This document shows, piece by piece, positions 46,435-49,146 of a stretch of 49,146 nucleotides of DNA; the stretch's first letter is position 1, and every line of letters begins with the position of its first letter. Origin of the DNA: an uncultured Dechloromonas sp. Its GTDB lineage: Bacteria; Pseudomonadota; Gammaproteobacteria; Burkholderiales; Rhodocyclaceae. The position numbers and the translations under genes are program-made. The DNA lies in assembly GCA_964561415.1 (NCBI GenBank), contig CAZLPR010000001.1, positions 1 to 49,146 of the forward strand, given 5' to 3'. The notes under the pieces are model-generated. The model searched no databases and was not told the DNA's origin. It was given only the letters and a program-made list of their open reading frames with translations.

Positions 46435-47382
46435 CTACCCGGCAGTACCTTTACCGATTCCAGGCAAATCAAGCCCATCAGGCAGCGACTCTTGATCAAC
46501 CTCTTCAGAGCCCGGCCCCTCTTCCTGGAGAATGGCATTCTCTGTTTTCTGATTTAATACAACAATACTAATTCTGCGATTGACTGAACCCAGAGGATCA
46601 TTTTTGTCGAATAAAACGGTAGACGCAAGCCCAACCACACGCAATATCTTAGTGTCATCCATACCGCCTGCAACCAATTCGCGGCGAGAAGCATTCGCCC
46701 GGTTGGCAGAAAGTTCCCAATTGGTAAAACCCTGGCTACCACCAACAAAAGCAGCCGCATCCGTATGTCCAGCCAAGCTGATACGGTTTTTCACACCATT
46801 CAATGCTTTGCCGATCTGTCTCAGAATCTCCCGTGTGTATGGCTTGAGGTCAGCACCACCAGAGTCAAACATTGGCCGATTCTGCTCATCGACAATCTGA
46901 ATTCGTAATCCTTCTGAAGTAATATCAAGCAGCATCTGTTTCTTGAATTGCGCCAATTGTGGGCTCTGTTCGATCATTTTTTCGATATCGGCCTTTAGGA
47001 TTTCCAGACGTTCCCGCTCCTTGCGTCGAAATTCGGCCTGCGCCTCTTTGGAAACCGAAGTGGTTTTTTTTGCTTCGACATCACCTTTTTTTACTTGCCC
47101 GGCCTGCATCGTCAGATCTTTGCCGCCCCCTTTCAAGATACTGGTGGCATCGCCGGAACCATCGCCACCTGACATGGCAACTTTCATTGGGTTCGTAAAG
47201 TGTTCGGCGATCCCTGCGAGATCCCCTTTTGCCGTCGAGCCAAGCAGCCACATGAGCAGGAAGAAAGCCATCATCGCAGTGACGAAGTCGGCATAGGCGA
47301 TCTTCCAGGCACCGCCGTGCGCACCGCCAGCGACAACCTTCTTGCGCTTGATAATTATAGGGCGGGTGGAGTCGTCGCTCAT
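46435..47382 (-). CDS. motB: Stator protein MotB
   Basis: [20 protein letters not shown]; GHTD; [10 protein letters not shown]; NRRISI. Confidence 0.96.
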   Translation of the reverse strand: MSDDSTRPIIIKRKKVVAGGAHGGAWKIAYADFVTAMMAFFLLMWLLGSTAKGDLAGIAEHFTNPMKVAMSGGDGSGDATSILKGGGKDLTMQAGQVKKGDVEAKKTTSVSKEAQAEFRRKERERLEILKADIEKMIEQSPQLAQFKKQMLLDITSEGLRIQIVDEQNRPMFDSGGADLKPYTREILRQIGKALNGVKNRISLAGHTDAAAFVGGSQGFTNWELSANRANASRRELVAGGMDDTKILRVVGLASTVLFDKNDPLGSVNRRISIVVLNQKTENAILQEEGPGSEEVDQESLPDGLDLPGIGKGTAG

Positions 47383-47409
47383 CTGATTAACCTGGGTTCT
47401 GACGACCGG

Positions 47410-48267
47410 TTACTTGCCCTTACGCGCCTTGAGCTCTTCCTCAAGCTCGATAAAAGTCGGACGAACATGCGAGCCTAGGGTTTTACGGCCAAACTCAATT
47501 GCCACCTGTGGCGCATAACCAGACATTGAAGCCAATAGCACCATCTTGACGGTTTGATAAATTTTCCCCTCTTCTGCCGCCTTCTGTTCAAGCAAACCTG
47601 CCATCGGCTCAACAAAGCCATAGGAAATCAAAATACCGAGAAATGTACCAACCAAGGCTCCGCCGATCATTTTGCCCAGCACAGCGGGTGGGCTTCCCAC
47701 TGAGCCCATCACGTTCACCACCCCCATCACCGCGACCACAATACCGAAGGCAGGCACGGCACCAGCGATCTTCGCCACGACGTGCCCAGGTTCTGCCGCT
47801 TCATGGTGATGTGTCTCCAGCTCGACATCCATCAAGCTTTCAATTTCGACGGTATTCAAATTGCCGCCAACCATCATACGCAGATAATCTGTCACAAATT
47901 CCATCAGGTGATGATCATGGACCAACGCCGGGTATTTACTGAAAATTGGACTGGCATCGGGTGCTTCGATATCGCCTTCGATCGACATCAGCCCTTCTTT
48001 GCGTACTTTGCCAAGAATCTCAAACAACATGGCCAAGGCGTCAATATAGAACGCCTTATTGTACTTTGAGCCCTTGAGCACACCCGGCAAAGCACCCACA
48101 GTTGCTTTAATGATCTTAATATCGTTACCAGCAACAAAGCCGCCGATAGTCAGACCAATAATCGCGACATACTCCGTAGGCACCCAGAGGGCGAGAAGAC
48201 TGCCGTGCAACGCGTAAGTCCCCAGCGCTGAAGCCAGAATGATCACATAACCAACGATTAAAAACAT
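47410..48267 (-). CDS. motA: Stator protein MotA
   Basis: DYLRMM; PAFGIVVAVMGVV; GALVGTFLGILISYGF; AIEFGRK; start at ATG 48267 after GGGGG. Confidence 0.96.
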   Translation of the reverse strand: MFLIVGYVIILASALGTYALHGSLLALWVPTEYVAIIGLTIGGFVAGNDIKIIKATVGALPGVLKGSKYNKAFYIDALAMLFEILGKVRKEGLMSIEGDIEAPDASPIFSKYPALVHDHHLMEFVTDYLRMMVGGNLNTVEIESLMDVELETHHHEAAEPGHVVAKIAGAVPAFGIVVAVMGVVNVMGSVGSPPAVLGKMIGGALVGTFLGILISYGFVEPMAGLLEQKAAEEGKIYQTVKMVLLASMSGYAPQVAIEFGRKTLGSHVRPTFIELEEELKARKGK

Positions 48268-48331
48268 CCAGACCCCCCATTGGCACCAGTCATCGACCAG
48301 GCTTATCTGCGCATACTTTTTAGTGGCCGCT

Positions 48332-48361
48332 ATTGTAGCCACAGGAATCACCCTAGCGCAA
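48332..48361 (-). promoter_or_regulatory. Possible sigma70 promoter for the motA-che operon
   Basis: Minus strand TTGCGC-N18-TACAAT about 65 nt upstream of motA. Confidence 0.35.
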
Positions 48362-48442
48362 AGAAAGCGTCGCGCATATGATGACAAAACGAAGGCCACG
48401 AGCCAGTGCTAAACTTTATTGAATTTTTCTGGAACAGCTTTC

Positions 48443-48979
48443 GTGAATCGTTATTGTCAACTTTGCGGCTCAAACACCTCCCTGATCATCCCGATTGGTG
48501 ACGCCTTACCCAGGCACGTGTGCGACGTCTGCGGTCACATTCACTACGAAAATCCACGCCTAGTCGTCGGCTGTATCGCCGAATGGGAAGGGCGCATTCT
48601 GCTTTGCCGACGGGCCATTGAACCACAACGAGGTTTCTGGACGCTACCAGCCGGCTTCATGGAAAACGGAGAATCCACCGCTCAAGGCGCTAGTCGGGAA
48701 ACACTTGAGGAAAGTGGCGCAAAAGTGCTTATTGATGCCCCCTTCGCCATAATCAGCATCGCCCACATCAATCAGGTACATCTCTTTTACCGCGGCCGAC
48801 TGACCAGCCCTGAATACTGCGCCGGGGAGGAAAGCCTGGAAGTGGCGCTTCTGCCTCCTGAAAACATCCCTTGGCAGGACATTGCCTTTCGTAGCGTTAC
48901 CTTATGTCTGAAACAATATCTTGCCGATTGCAGGAGCGGCAGCTTTGGCTTTCATGAAGCAGAACTTGAGCCGCTATAA
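48443..48979 (+). CDS. NUDIX hydrolase with N-terminal Zn ribbon
   Basis: CQLC..CDVC; HYENP; Nudix box GFMENGESTAQGASRETLEESG; start taken as GTG 48443. Confidence 0.92.
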   Translation: MNRYCQLCGSNTSLIIPIGDALPRHVCDVCGHIHYENPRLVVGCIAEWEGRILLCRRAIEPQRGFWTLPAGFMENGESTAQGASRETLEESGAKVLIDAPFAIISIAHINQVHLFYRGRLTSPEYCAGEESLEVALLPPENIPWQDIAFRSVTLCLKQYLADCRSGSFGFHEAELEPL

Positions 48980-49146
48980 AACCAGGGGGAACGGAGTTCA
49001 ATCATCAAGTTGATAATAACTAGTGGGCACCTCGAAAAACCCCTGCCCAGCTTGGGCTACTTGATATAATGCTTTCATCATATATGTTACTGGGGATTGC
49101 CTCGATGAAAGTCCGTTCTGCCATCAAGACCGATCTGTTTGCTGCT

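Noticed and set aside
48980-49146. Possible 3' end of a minus-strand gene at the window edge
   Set aside because: Two short open frames with no recognisable motif; cannot be supported from this window
1-49146. CRISPR arrays, IS elements, prophage, tRNA/rRNA and defence genes
   Set aside because: No regularly spaced DNA repeats, transposase, integrase or structural RNA signatures were seen; nearly all sequence is accounted for by motility genes

Overview
Almost the whole window is one contiguous flagellar motility and chemotaxis supercluster. Gene content and protein style suggest a betaproteobacterium, probably Rhodocyclales and Dechloromonas-like (inference, no search run). Order: 'fliI-fliJKLMNOPQR (+); an unknown lipoprotein and flgLKJIHGFEDCB (-); flgAMN (+); then on the minus strand, reading toward lower coordinates, motA-motB-mcpA-like-cheY-cheA-cheW-MCP-MCP-cheR-cheD-cheB-STAS-cheV-cheV-cheY-cheZ-cheA, a terminator, and flhB-flhA-flhF-flhG-fliA-motC-motD. 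A Zn-ribbon NUDIX gene (+) closes the window. No rRNA, tRNA, CRISPR or mobile element was seen. Most notable: (1) two chemosensory pathways (Che2/F7-like and F6-like) and two stator pairs in one locus; (2) a sensor-less McpA-like receptor carrying a CheZ-like FQDxxxQ motif and a GDVELF tail shared with CheD; (3) two multi-input receptors (Aer-PAS+Cache+Aer2-PAS, and 4HB+heme-PAS+CZB); (4) an apparent one-base frameshift at the 5' end of cheR; (5) repeated short peptide motifs in CheA (GxGFF x5) and CheZ (DLxALFDSI x2); (6) a degenerate Walker A in FlhG; (7) sigma54 promoters before fliK and flgB plus sigma28 promoters before flgK and flgM.
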